Virus record (IMG/VR): IMGVR_UViG_3300047310_000301 | Coordinates: 1-32,845 of that record | Length of the DNA stretch: 32,845 nt | DNA from: a virus | Taxonomy: Duplodnaviria > Caudoviricetes | Direction: 5' to 3' (one strand) | Shown: positions 15,895-24,532 of the stretch, piece after piece | Layout: the number at the start of each line of letters is the position of its first letter | Position numbering within the stretch: position 1 is the stretch's first letter | The notes under the pieces: model-generated | What the model was told of the DNA's origin: nothing | The model's input: the letters and a program-made list of their open reading frames with translations, nothing else | Database searches by the model: none | Translations under genes and position numbers: made by a program

Positions 15895-15919
15895 GCCTAG
15901 AATGACCTAACAGGGGTTT
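15881..15919 (-). terminator. Terminator hairpin overlapping the -35 of the next promoter
   Basis: AAACCCCTGT...ACAGGGGTTT inverted repeat with TTTTCTC tail on the minus strand. Confidence 0.6.
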
Positions 15920-15945
15920 AATAGGACAACGAGGTTTAATAGAAG

Positions 15946-16392
15946 TTACGCGAGAGCCGCTCCGTTCTTTTTCAATCCCTCGCGGATGTCGGCGGTATTC
16001 TTGATAAGGGTCATAGCGGACTCTTTCGCTTTCGCCTTATCCGATGCTGACATTTCCTTAGAGTAGCGGTATACCGTTTTGGCGAGGTTCAGGACCAACG
16101 CTCCAACTGCTACGGAATCAGCCGGAGTCCCTGTAAACGGAGTCAGGTTACCGTCTTCATCTTTTAGCATCCAGCCGGAAGGATCAGCGCGGAACTGACG
16201 CTGATACTCAGCCTTGAGTCCTTCGTTAACGAGCGCGAGAAACTTGCTGGCATCGTTTCCGACTCGCGCTAACGCGCTAGCGGTATCCGCGACTGGTTCG
16301 AAGCTTCCCTCCTTAACGAGGGTCACGTCCTCGAAACTGTCGAGATCGAAAAAGCTTTTCTGTACTGGTACTGGAATCGTTTGTTCTGCCAT
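15946..16392 (-). CDS. Hypothetical protein (probably early)
   Basis: 148 aa ORF, AAGGA RBS, upstream promoter. Confidence 0.8.
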   Translation of the reverse strand: MAEQTIPVPVQKSFFDLDSFEDVTLVKEGSFEPVADTASALARVGNDASKFLALVNEGLKAEYQRQFRADPSGWMLKDEDGNLTPFTGTPADSVAVGALVLNLAKTVYRYSKEMSASDKAKAKESAMTLIKNTADIREGLKKNGAALA

Positions 16393-16445
16393 GCTAGGTC
16401 ATCCTTAGTTGCGGCTCAGCCGCTAGTGAATTTGACTACACTATG

Positions 16446-16474
16446 ATGATAAGCCTATCGTGGCTCGTTTGCAA
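16446..16474 (-). promoter_or_regulatory. Sigma70 promoter
   Basis: TTGCAA-17 nt-TATCAT preceded by an A-tract. Confidence 0.65.
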
Positions 16475-16548
16475 GCCCTTTTTGGAGGAACTTCAAAGTA
16501 TTTTCGCTCCACTTCGGCAAGCGGAGGCGCTAGTTGCGGCTCTCGGAG

Positions 16549-16680
16549 GCTAACTTCACTCCAAAAGCGGCTCACTTCAGGTCGGCTGAGCCTCACTTCG
16601 CCCCGCGAGAGCCTAACTCCACTCGAAACAGCCTAACTCCACTCCAAAAAGCCCAATTTGCGGCGCAAAAAGCCCAAAAG
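16549..16680 (+). repeat. Iteron-like direct repeats GCCTAACTCCACTC at 20-bp period
   Basis: Exact 14-mers at 16611 and 16631; variant GCTAACTTCACTCCAAAAG at 16549; CAAAAAGCCCAA twice. Confidence 0.7.
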
Positions 16681-16897
16681 GCGAGTTAATAGAAAAAATA
16701 TCCTAGGATTTTAATCCCCCTTACTCTAGTAGAGAAGTATTTTCCCATTATCGGACAGTATAGCACAGCGCGAAACTGGATACTATCGGACAGTTGGACT
16801 ACGTTTATATACGCTTAAAGTCGCCTAAGTGCTTTAGAATGAGTAGGTTAGCGGGAAAAAGTGCCTTGCCAGAGGGAGGGGTCTTTTACCGGCGAGG

Positions 16898-17067
16898 CCT
16901 CGCTATGTGTGTAAAATTTACATAGTGGGTTAAGTGCTTAGTTATATAATAATATATATATAATAGATAAACCCTCCCCCCCTATACGGTCTCCTCTGAG
17001 ACCCTATGGGGGAAAGAGGCTTTAGAATCAACTACTTAAGTTACTATGTAATTTCTACATAGCGAGG
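16898..17067. other. Origin-like element: inverted arms flanking an AT-only core
   Basis: CCTCGCTATGT..TTACATAGT..TTAAGT versus ACTTAA..ACTATGTAA..ACATAGCGAGG around TTATATAATAATATATATATAATAGATAAA and a GGTCTC/GAGACC hairpin. Confidence 0.55.
17026..17038 (+). promoter_or_regulatory. IHF consensus site
   Basis: AATCAACTACTTA matches WATCAANNNNTTR exactly. Confidence 0.5.
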
Positions 17068-17149
17068 GTGTGCCCGTCGGCAAAGGGAGGGGGAGAGACC
17101 CGCTGTGCGAAAAAGCCGGAAATACTTGAGGCTAAAGCCCTTAAAGCCC

Positions 17150-17178
17150 TTGACACCATACAGGATCGTAGCTATACT
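17150..17178 (+). promoter_or_regulatory. Strong sigma70 promoter for the rightward arm
   Basis: TTGACA-17 nt-TATACT. Confidence 0.85.
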
Positions 17179-17281
17179 GTCTAGAGCCGCCCACTCACCT
17201 ACTGAGGCGTGAGGCGAACAGAGGGCGAAACTGGGGTATGTAAGATTTACACGGTGCCCCGATTAGGAGGTTTAATAGAAG

Positions 17282-17875
17282 ATGACACCTATTGAAAGCG
17301 ACTATAATCCGGCTGAGGCTCTATGCTCAGCTTGTGGCCTAGGTCTAACCGAGACCGAGTATCGGTGGTCTAACTCTCGTCAGGGAGAGCCGCTAATTCA
17401 CCCTCGCTGTGCCGCGTTTGCTATTCAGCGGGAGGGAACGGTAACCATCTCCCTGAGAGAGTACGATATCCTGAACGCAGCTAGACTCTTGATAGAGCCG
17501 CTTATGGATTGCTCACCCTCTACTAATCGCTACCATGCGGAATGTCAGCTAGGTGCGACTAGGTGGCTAGCTGAAATGAATCAGGACTCCCTCTTCTTAG
17601 TCCTCGCGAGGTTCGAGGCAATTTCAGCGGGGCTGAGTCTAATACTCGCTAAGAACTATAAGAACATCAAAGCGGCTCTCGATGAGCGAGAGAAAGCGAA
17701 GTTCGCTAAGGTAGCAGTGATACGCGAGGAGCCGACTAAGCGAGAGAGAGTCGCCCTCTCGGATAGGGATAAGGCGCTCCGCGCTCTAATGAATAACGGA
17801 GTCTCGGAGTCAGCCGCTAAGCAGATAGTGGATGCGGAGTTTATTAAGCAAGGGAGAATTAAGCTAAAGGTCTGA
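17282..17875 (+). CDS. Hypothetical protein with N-terminal Zn finger and RuvA-C/UBA-like C-terminus
   Basis: CSAC...HPRC; C-terminal DKALRALMNNGVSESAAKQIVD; AGGAGG RBS. Confidence 0.75.
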   Translation: MTPIESDYNPAEALCSACGLGLTETEYRWSNSRQGEPLIHPRCAAFAIQREGTVTISLREYDILNAARLLIEPLMDCSPSTNRYHAECQLGATRWLAEMNQDSLFLVLARFEAISAGLSLILAKNYKNIKAALDEREKAKFAKVAVIREEPTKRERVALSDRDKALRALMNNGVSESAAKQIVDAEFIKQGRIKLKV

Positions 17876-17906
17876 AGGGAAGTCTAAACACCTAAAGGAA
17901 AACACT

Positions 17907-18197
17907 ATGAGAAACCTAACGTATTGGGAAGACCCGCCTTACATGGATAAGGCAAAAGACCCTGACGCCTATGACGGTATCAGGACAATTCACGATGTTA
18001 AAGCGGCTGACATTTGGGAACTAGTGAGACAGAGACCAAACCATTGCACTATGGTAAGCATAGAGCATTCTTATGAGCGGACTCTAAAGTCAGGACGAAA
18101 GACTAATTTTTTCAAGGTACTCTGGGAGGGGCCTGCTAGAGATCAGTTCGCCCCTAGACCGCATTGCAAGTTCTGTAATGGAACGGGGAGGCTCTAG
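17907..18197 (+). CDS. Hypothetical protein
   Basis: 96 aa, AAGGA RBS, C-terminal CKFCNGTG. Confidence 0.7.
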   Translation: MRNLTYWEDPPYMDKAKDPDAYDGIRTIHDVKAADIWELVRQRPNHCTMVSIEHSYERTLKSGRKTNFFKVLWEGPARDQFAPRPHCKFCNGTGRL

Positions 18198-18201
18198 GCT
18201 T

Positions 18202-18375
18202 ATGAACCTCTACACAATAATGCTCTCGGCATTTCACGCGATGAGCTTTCACGCTACATGCGACGATGACAGGCGAACATCACCTGCTAGGTTCCTCGCC
18301 GCTATCAGGACCTTTGACAAGATATACACCGAATGGAAGCTTAAGGTAGAAGAGACTCAGGGGTTTAAGATATGA
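18202..18375 (+). CDS. Hypothetical protein
   Basis: 57 aa from ATG 18202, GGAGG upstream. Confidence 0.5.
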   Translation: MNLYTIMLSAFHAMSFHATCDDDRRTSPARFLAAIRTFDKIYTEWKLKVEETQGFKI

Positions 18376-18554
18376 TCGCCTTCACTGGACTCTCTACAGC
18401 CTACTCTTTCGCCTACCGGGCGAATGGCCCTCTATGCCTATTAGTAGCAGGATGCCGCTATACCTTCTGGACTCTCGCCTCTGGAGTCCTTCACTACAGA
18501 AAATTAGAATACACCCTAACTAGACTAGCGGGAGGTGATTCATGGCTAAGCTAA
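18372..18554 (+). CDS. Hypothetical protein
   Basis: 60 aa, ATGA overlap with upstream ORF. Confidence 0.4.
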   Translation: MIAFTGLSTAYSFAYRANGPLCLLVAGCRYTFWTLASGVLHYRKLEYTLTRLAGGDSWLS

Positions 18555-20272
18555 CAACTCTCTGCGCTATATGCGGAAGGACTCTAGAACTAACCTCCGA
18601 GGTAAAAGTATCCGAGACTGAGCGGCTCGCTACTTACAAGTGTGGCCATAGTTTCGTAGAGCCGCTAGCAGTCGCCCCTAAGCTTGATGAGCTTAAGTTC
18701 ACTTCGGTATCCGGCGACAAAGTGGCTCGCGATTATCAGAAGGACGGAATTAAGTTCATTCTGGACTCAGGCTTCAATTGCGTGATAGGCGACCAAATGA
18801 GACTAGGTAAGACTCCTCAGTCTCTCCTAGCCCTCGCGAATGCCTACTCGGAACGGACTCCCTGTTTAATACTCGTCAGGTCAGCTAACCTCTGGCAGTG
18901 GATCAGGGAATATAAGGAATGGACTGACTCTCTCCCTCTTGGTATCTATCCGATAATCGGAAGCAAAGGTTTCATACCTCCGGCTTTCTCAGCCTACATT
19001 ATGAGCATGGATACCTTCTCTAAGAAGGGTGTAGTAGAGAAGCTTCTAACTTTCGGCTTTAAGCTAGTGATTATTGATGAAGCTCATTCCTTTAAGAATG
19101 CTCAGTCGCAGCGTTCTACGGCGCTGATTCAGTTCCTTCAGGAGATATCGAAGTCTGAAATAGTCATGAGCATACCCTTCACCTGTACTAACTGCGCTCA
19201 TGCTTGGACGGAGGAGGTAAAGATTCAAGAGACCGCGAGGGCGCGAGTCGCCTCTAAGACCGCCTATTGTCCTCAGTGTAACGCCTATAACCATCACACG
19301 AGCCACCTAGAGAAGATCGAGACTAAGCGGAAGTGTGGAGTTATCATGCTCACTGGTACCGCTATTAAGAATAGGGCTGAGGAGTACTTTGTGCCGCTAA
19401 ACATCATTGCCCCTGATAAGTTTCCCTCGCTAGCGAGCTTCCGGAGAAACTACCTAACTCAGTCCGAGAGCGGGAAGTGGAATAGGATTCACCCTTACAG
19501 GATGGATGCCTTTAAGAACATCATAGCGCCGTTTGTCCTGAGGCGAGAGAAGGAAGACGTTTACACTGACCTTCCGGCGCTGAATCGGCTCTACACGATT
19601 ATTCCTATGGCTGACGATAACCTAAGGAAAGCCTATAACGCCACTCTCGACAAGATAGAAGAGAATGCCGCTAGGAATAACTTTAAGTTCTTTGACAACA
19701 TAGGTGAGTTAATGACCTTGCGCCGTATATGCGGAATCGCTAAGGTGGATTGGGCGGTCTCTTATGCTAGTGACCTGCTAGACGAATCAGACACTCAGCG
19801 GCTCGCGATAGGGATTCACCACCATTCGGTAAGAGACCTCCTAACATTCAAGCTTAAGCCGATAGGAGGAGCCCTCCGGCTGAGCGGCGAGGATAACGCG
19901 GAAAATAAGGACCGGGTTATGAGAGCCTTTGAAACCTCAGCCGAAAGAGTCCTAGTTATTAACACCCTCGCGGGAGGAGTTGGGATGGACTTTCACTATG
20001 TCAATAATGTCCTGATCCTAGAGCGGCAATGGTCTTCCGCTGATGAAGAACAATTCGAGTTTCGCTTTTATAACCCGGATAAATCCATAAAGACAGCCGC
20101 TACTAACGTAGAGTATGTCCTGATGAAGGATACAATTGACGAATTCTTTCACGACCTTGTTTCTGAGAAGCACAAGATATTTGGGGAGACGATAGGGAAC
20201 AACTGGAGTCTACAGGAAGACCTGACGGGATTTAAGGCTCTCTTAGAGCGGACTATCGGTGGCCGCTTATGA
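18542..20272 (+). CDS. SNF2/HARP-like SF2 helicase with Zn-ribbon insertion
   Basis: RDYQ, DQMRLGKT, IIDEAH, LTGTAIKN, LRREK, AGGVGMDF; GGAGG RBS. Confidence 0.9.
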   Translation: MAKLTTLCAICGRTLELTSEVKVSETERLATYKCGHSFVEPLAVAPKLDELKFTSVSGDKVARDYQKDGIKFILDSGFNCVIGDQMRLGKTPQSLLALANAYSERTPCLILVRSANLWQWIREYKEWTDSLPLGIYPIIGSKGFIPPAFSAYIMSMDTFSKKGVVEKLLTFGFKLVIIDEAHSFKNAQSQRSTALIQFLQEISKSEIVMSIPFTCTNCAHAWTEEVKIQETARARVASKTAYCPQCNAYNHHTSHLEKIETKRKCGVIMLTGTAIKNRAEEYFVPLNIIAPDKFPSLASFRRNYLTQSESGKWNRIHPYRMDAFKNIIAPFVLRREKEDVYTDLPALNRLYTIIPMADDNLRKAYNATLDKIEENAARNNFKFFDNIGELMTLRRICGIAKVDWAVSYASDLLDESDTQRLAIGIHHHSVRDLLTFKLKPIGGALRLSGEDNAENKDRVMRAFETSAERVLVINTLAGGVGMDFHYVNNVLILERQWSSADEEQFEFRFYNPDKSIKTAATNVEYVLMKDTIDEFFHDLVSEKHKIFGETIGNNWSLQEDLTGFKALLERTIGGRL

Positions 20273-20640
20273 CACTAGCGGAAGCGGAGCTTATTGTCAG
20301 CACGTCAGTAAGATGTACTCAAGCCGCGCTAAGAGGTATTGCTGGAATATCGGCAGTACCTCTCACTGGAAGCGGCTGTCTCACTTATCTAACCTCAGCC
20401 GGATATAAGGTCAAGTCACTTCCGGCTGACATTCCGCTAGCGAGGTTCAAGTACTCTAAGGATAAGACCTATCTACTCGCAACCAAGGGTCACGCGATGG
20501 CCTTGGTTGACGGTATCCTTATTGATACAATGCGAAAGACCCTCGACAAGCGGATACTTGAACATGCTTGGGAAGTTAGCCGCCCTGAGGGCGAGGGAGA
20601 CTCGCAAGGCGAGGACTCACGGGGCGAGGGGGAGGTATGA
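20269..20640 (+). CDS. Hypothetical protein
   Basis: 123 aa; YLLATKGHAMALVDG..IDT segment; ATGA overlap with helicase. Confidence 0.7.
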   Translation: MTLAEAELIVSTSVRCTQAALRGIAGISAVPLTGSGCLTYLTSAGYKVKSLPADIPLARFKYSKDKTYLLATKGHAMALVDGILIDTMRKTLDKRILEHAWEVSRPEGEGDSQGEDSRGEGEV

Positions 20641-20710
20641 TGTTCTGGCTTATCGTCTTCATCCTGTTAGTGTTACTGAGTGAGGACTAACGGGCTGAGG
20701 GGGGAGAAGC

Positions 20711-20735
20711 TGGGGGAGACCTGATACCTCCCCCA
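20711..20735. terminator. Hairpin between convergent genes
   Basis: TGGGGGAG-9 nt-CTCCCCCA. Confidence 0.5.
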
Positions 20736-20740
20736 CCACC

Positions 20741-20938
20741 TTATTTTTTCCTCTCCAGTTCAATAGGTGCGTGTCCTTTTGGGTAGGTCATCATTCCCAT
20801 TCCGTCTACCGTAGTATCAGGGTGGATAGAGTAGGCTATCCACTGTTTAGGTCTCTCAGCTTTACTGACAGCCTCTTTCAAGGTCGGGGCGATAGCCCAT
20901 AGGTGGTTACTGCCAAAAACAATCACTAGTCTAGTCAT
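20741..20938 (-). CDS. Hypothetical protein (65 aa), antisense to its neighbours
   Basis: MTRLVIVFGSNHLWAIAPTLKEA...; ATG 6 nt after a TATACT -10. Confidence 0.75.
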   Translation of the reverse strand: MTRLVIVFGSNHLWAIAPTLKEAVSKAERPKQWIAYSIHPDTTVDGMGMMTYPKGHAPIELERKK

Positions 20939-20944
20939 GATACT

Positions 20945-20973
20945 AGTATAGCACAGGGGGAAACAAATGTCAA
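20945..20973 (-). promoter_or_regulatory. Sigma70 promoter, leaderless
   Basis: TTGACA-17 nt-TATACT with extended TG. Confidence 0.85.
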
Positions 20974-21001
20974 GAACATTAACAAAATTTAATTTTTGCC
21001 G

Positions 21002-21067
21002 GAAGATCTCTATTCTACTAGACAAGGGGCCATCAATCATCCCATCTCTACTAGACTAGGGGCGATC
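21002..21067. repeat. Two dispersed copies of the TCTACTAGA-core palindromic site
   Basis: Cores at 21014 and 21047; second copy AATC-ATCCCATC-TCTACTAGA-CTAGGGGC-GATC matches the 14874-15043 units. Confidence 0.75.
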
Positions 21068-21242
21068 CACCTCGGCTCCGGCCTATAGCCCGACTCCCTA
21101 TTTAATCGGTGCTCCAATTTACTATTTGGGAATCGAAATCATTTTGACTTTCAGGAAGGGAAAGTTTCTCAGAAAGATCGGCTTTCGCTAAGGATAGCTA
21201 GTAATAAATCTCAGAAAAGGACCCGCGAAGGCGGGAAACAAG

Positions 21243-21713
21243 ATGCCAAAATTTATCGGAACTATTGGTAATACTAAGGATATATTAGACGGAGGTGGAC
21301 TTATCTATCAAGGGGATAAGGACGAGGAACTAGGTTTTAGGTCTCCGGATCAGATAATTCTCTTCTCGCAGGATGAGGACTCTGAACTAGATCTTAATTC
21401 GGTACTAGTCTATAAGATCGAGATAGCGGCGGAGCCGGAATTAGAATTCTGGTGGCAGGACTTAAGGGAAATCGCCACTGGTCTTGAAATCGCCATTGGT
21501 TTTGATTTAGCCTATATCAATCTTAAGTCTGCCGCGCTGAGCAGGGACCTGATGGTGAAGGCAGAACTATATGCCCACCTAATAAGTTACTACGGTCCTG
21601 ATGACTTCGACTCCTCGCCCGGCACTCTTACCCTGACTGAGGCCAGAGAAATCTATGCCGAGGAACTAGCTTCACTAAAGAAACAAGAAGGAGAAAAAGA
21701 GTGCAATTCATAA
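21243..21713 (+). CDS. Acidic hypothetical protein
   Basis: 156 aa ORF, Asp/Glu rich. Confidence 0.75.
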   Translation: MPKFIGTIGNTKDILDGGGLIYQGDKDEELGFRSPDQIILFSQDEDSELDLNSVLVYKIEIAAEPELEFWWQDLREIATGLEIAIGFDLAYINLKSAALSRDLMVKAELYAHLISYYGPDDFDSSPGTLTLTEAREIYAEELASLKKQEGEKECNS

Positions 21714-21895
21714 TAAGAGCAAGCAAACTGATCTTTGATGAAACATCGGAGGAAGAGATCGCTGAGGAAGCCCTATTAGTCCTCAGGGTAACGAGGAAAG
21801 GTAACCTTCGGTTAGTGGAATCTCGCTTTGCTACTAAAGAGGAAGACTATCGAATACCCTCTTCTAATTCACCTGTAAGAAAGAAGGATTCCTAA
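21701..21895 (+). CDS. Hypothetical protein
   Basis: 64 aa, GTG start with AAGGAG RBS. Confidence 0.6.
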   Translation: MQFIIRASKLIFDETSEEEIAEEALLVLRVTRKGNLRLVESRFATKEEDYRIPSSNSPVRKKDS

Positions 21896-22077
21896 TGCCT
21901 AAGATCATCTGTCCCGACTGTCTCTCACCCGATGCTGAAATCGAGGATGATAACGTAATTACCTGTAAGGCCTGTCCGGAGACTCTATACTTTAAGTTCT
22001 ATGCCCCGGAGAGAATCAGGTACTTCAATTTTTTAGCTCCGTGGAGGGAGAAAAGATCCAGGACGCCCTCCTCCTAA
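21895..22077 (+). CDS. Small Zn-ribbon protein
   Basis: CPDC...CKAC; TAATG overlap. Confidence 0.6.
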   Translation: MPKIICPDCLSPDAEIEDDNVITCKACPETLYFKFYAPERIRYFNFLAPWREKRSRTPSS

Positions 22078-22241
22078 GATGTCCGGTCTGCTCGCACGTT
22101 CATCAGGATAGATCGAGTACACTATTAGCCTGCTTTAGTGAGGCTAAGATGCAAAGTGGAATCTTGACTCAAAGGTATGCTCTGATGAATCTCTATATGG
22201 AGCATTTAAGGAAGAAGAGGCTTTATCCGCGAAGCGGCTAA
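22041..22241 (+). CDS. Hypothetical protein
   Basis: 66 aa, CPVCSHVH. Confidence 0.45.
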   Translation: MEGEKIQDALLLRCPVCSHVHQDRSSTLLACFSEAKMQSGILTQRYALMNLYMEHLRKKRLYPRSG

Positions 22242-22280
22242 CGCCTGAAGGAAAGAAGACTAAACGACTAAAGGAAACCT

Positions 22281-22532
22281 ATGCCAATAACACTAGAGAA
22301 CTTAGAAAGAGTCTGGGCCGCTAGGAGTCAGGACTCACTCGATGAACTAGAAGAAGCTACTAAATGGATACAGCAGAGTGACCTGATGCTTACTACACTC
22401 ATGACAATGCTCCTATGTATACAGACCAAGGGATCAATCGTGAGCTTCCTGGTAAGTCACTCGGCTATTTGCCTGAAGCTAGGCTATGAGATAGCTAAAC
22501 TTGAGGAACTGGAAAGGATGGGGAAGCTATAA
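22281..22532 (+). CDS. Hypothetical protein
   Basis: 83 aa, AAGGA RBS, TAATG overlap with nuclease. Confidence 0.65.
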   Translation: MPITLENLERVWAARSQDSLDELEEATKWIQQSDLMLTTLMTMLLCIQTKGSIVSFLVSHSAICLKLGYEIAKLEELERMGKL

Positions 22533-23452
22533 TGACACTGCTCGAAGAATTAACTACACTCGACACTAGACTCCTGGCCGCTAAGAGGCTACCTGATCGA
22601 GGGGCGCGGGAATCCCTACACGGTAAAAAGGCCCTGATTCTCGATTCAACTCAGATCGACGCTTATATTAACTGTCCTACTGCCTGGAAACTCGGATATG
22701 TGGACAATTTAGAGCGGGCTGAGGCTGAGACCCGTACTGCTATGGTTATGGGGACTCTGGGACATAAGATGCTTGAGCTTTATTATAAGGCCCGCGCTCT
22801 TGGCTCCTCTTGGGGAGAAGCAAAAGACCTTGCTCTCTCTTATACTCCTGAGGAAAGCTTTCCTCTCGGCGCTATCGACAGGGAAACAGTCAGGAAATCC
22901 TTTGACCTATACACGTATACTTATGTCAATAACGACATAGCGGCAGACTCCCCTGATTCAGTAGAAGTAGGATTCTCCACTAAGCTATACGAGGATCATT
23001 CCTGGATCTTTATCCTAGAGGGCCGCGTTGACCTAATAGGCCAGCTAGGAGGCCAGCCTACCTGGTGCGATCATAAGTTCCAGATGCGGAAGAAGAACCT
23101 CTATCACGAGTCTATTCAGTTCAGGAACTATGCTCTCGCAACTGGAATGACTCTAGGCTTTGTGAACTATATCAGGTTTGCTAAGGAAGTGACTAAAGAC
23201 ACATTCGTGAGGAGTACGCTGAGCTTCACTAAGCCTAAGCTAGACTGGTGGAAGAAGGAGCTAATAGCTATCTACACGAGCATAGCAAAGAGCATAGAAA
23301 CAGATTCCTTCCCTCAGCACTGGTCCGCTTGCTCAGGCCGCTTTAACTATCCCTGCGAGTTCACTCCGCTTTGCGAGGAACTGAATCCCTATGTGCGGGA
23401 GAATCAGAAGAAGATGCTCTATCAGATCAAGGAAGAATGGAAGCCCTGGTAA
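22532..23452 (+). CDS. PD-(D/E)XK nuclease, Cas4/RecB-like exonuclease
   Basis: NCP, GTLGH, GRVDL, DHK, Q..NY, and three C-terminal Cys (C..C..C) consistent with an Fe-S cluster. Confidence 0.85.
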   Translation: MTLLEELTTLDTRLLAAKRLPDRGARESLHGKKALILDSTQIDAYINCPTAWKLGYVDNLERAEAETRTAMVMGTLGHKMLELYYKARALGSSWGEAKDLALSYTPEESFPLGAIDRETVRKSFDLYTYTYVNNDIAADSPDSVEVGFSTKLYEDHSWIFILEGRVDLIGQLGGQPTWCDHKFQMRKKNLYHESIQFRNYALATGMTLGFVNYIRFAKEVTKDTFVRSTLSFTKPKLDWWKKELIAIYTSIAKSIETDSFPQHWSACSGRFNYPCEFTPLCEELNPYVRENQKKMLYQIKEEWKPW

Positions 23453-23461
23453 GGAGATACT

Positions 23462-23656
23462 ATGGAATTCATCAAACTGACTCACACTGAAATCGAAACG
23501 CTTATCTCTCTATTAAGCGAGATGGAGGACCTATCTCTTGATGAGCAGGAAGTCTTAATTAAGCTCAAGAGGATACGCGAGGGACAGAAGGCTAAGCTCG
23601 GACGGACTAAGAAGAAGGAACCAGAAACTAAATCAACATTTGTATCTTATCCCTAA
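23462..23656 (+). CDS. Hypothetical protein
   Basis: 64 aa, AAGGAG RBS. Confidence 0.6.
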   Translation: MEFIKLTHTEIETLISLLSEMEDLSLDEQEVLIKLKRIREGQKAKLGRTKKKEPETKSTFVSYP

Positions 23657-23669
23657 GGAGACTAAAAAC

Positions 23670-24122
23670 ATGGCAACAGCACTATACACAGTTAAGAAGT
23701 TCTTTCCGAAAGTAAAGAGAGTAGTCGATGCAACAAAGAATGCGACCATCGAAGTAACCGCAAGTGATGCCGCTAAGTCAGACCTGAAGAATCATAAGAG
23801 TTGCGCGATGGCGGTGGCCTGTAAGAGGAAGTTCCATCTGGACGGAGTAATTATCTCTCGATCGACGAGTTATTTAGTTAAGGGAACTATTGCTCGTCGG
23901 TTCAAGGTCCCTGAGAGTGTAAGCAGGGAGGTAGTCTCTTTTGACCGCGGCAGCGGATTCTCTCCTGGGACTTATGAACTCCAGAGGGTTCCGCCATCAA
24001 GCCGATTCGGAATAAGACCGGGGCGGACGGCTAAGAACAGGAAGAGTAATCCTGATAAGCCTAAGAGATTCCGACATATTACGGATAAGGTTAGAGCGGT
24101 CTTAGGGGGAGAGCGCGCCTGA
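23670..24122 (+). CDS. Basic hypothetical protein
   Basis: ATG 23670 with AAGGAG RBS; CAMAVAC motif. Confidence 0.7.
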   Translation: MATALYTVKKFFPKVKRVVDATKNATIEVTASDAAKSDLKNHKSCAMAVACKRKFHLDGVIISRSTSYLVKGTIARRFKVPESVSREVVSFDRGSGFSPGTYELQRVPPSSRFGIRPGRTAKNRKSNPDKPKRFRHITDKVRAVLGGERA

Positions 24123-24162
24123 GCGCGGAAGGGCTAAGGCGCTTATACACGGAGAATAACTT

Positions 24163-24507
24163 ATGCCAGCTATTAACCATGTTCATACGTATAGAAGGAT
24201 AAACAAAGACCTGTGGAAGTGTAACGATCCTTATTGCACCCATACTTGCCGAAGGGAGCTAGTTCAGGGGAAAGCAAGTATATGCAACAAGTGCGACAAG
24301 GAAATAGTTATGACTCCCTCGGCAATGCAAAGACGCTCGCCGCTTTGTCTTGAATGCTCGAATACGGCTGAGGCTAGGAGCTATAAGAAGGCTAAGGCGC
24401 TTGTTGAATCACTTAGGACCCTGACTGAACCGCCTGCTCCTGAGCCTAAGTCAGCAGAAAAGCCTACTGATCCCGACCTGAGGGATTGGTTGAGTGATAA
24501 TAACTAA
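24163..24507 (+). CDS. Cys/His-rich Zn-finger-like protein
   Basis: HVH, C..C.H, CNKC, CLEC; GGAG RBS. Confidence 0.7.
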   Translation: MPAINHVHTYRRINKDLWKCNDPYCTHTCRRELVQGKASICNKCDKEIVMTPSAMQRRSPLCLECSNTAEARSYKKAKALVESLRTLTEPPAPEPKSAEKPTDPDLRDWLSDNN

Positions 24508-24532
24508 AGGCGCGAGAGCGCGAGGAGAAAAT

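Noticed and set aside
21002-21025. Resemblance to the yeast FRT site (GAAGTTCCTATTC-TCTAGA)
   Set aside because: Only partial similarity, no matching second arm and no tyrosine recombinase; better explained by the local palindrome family
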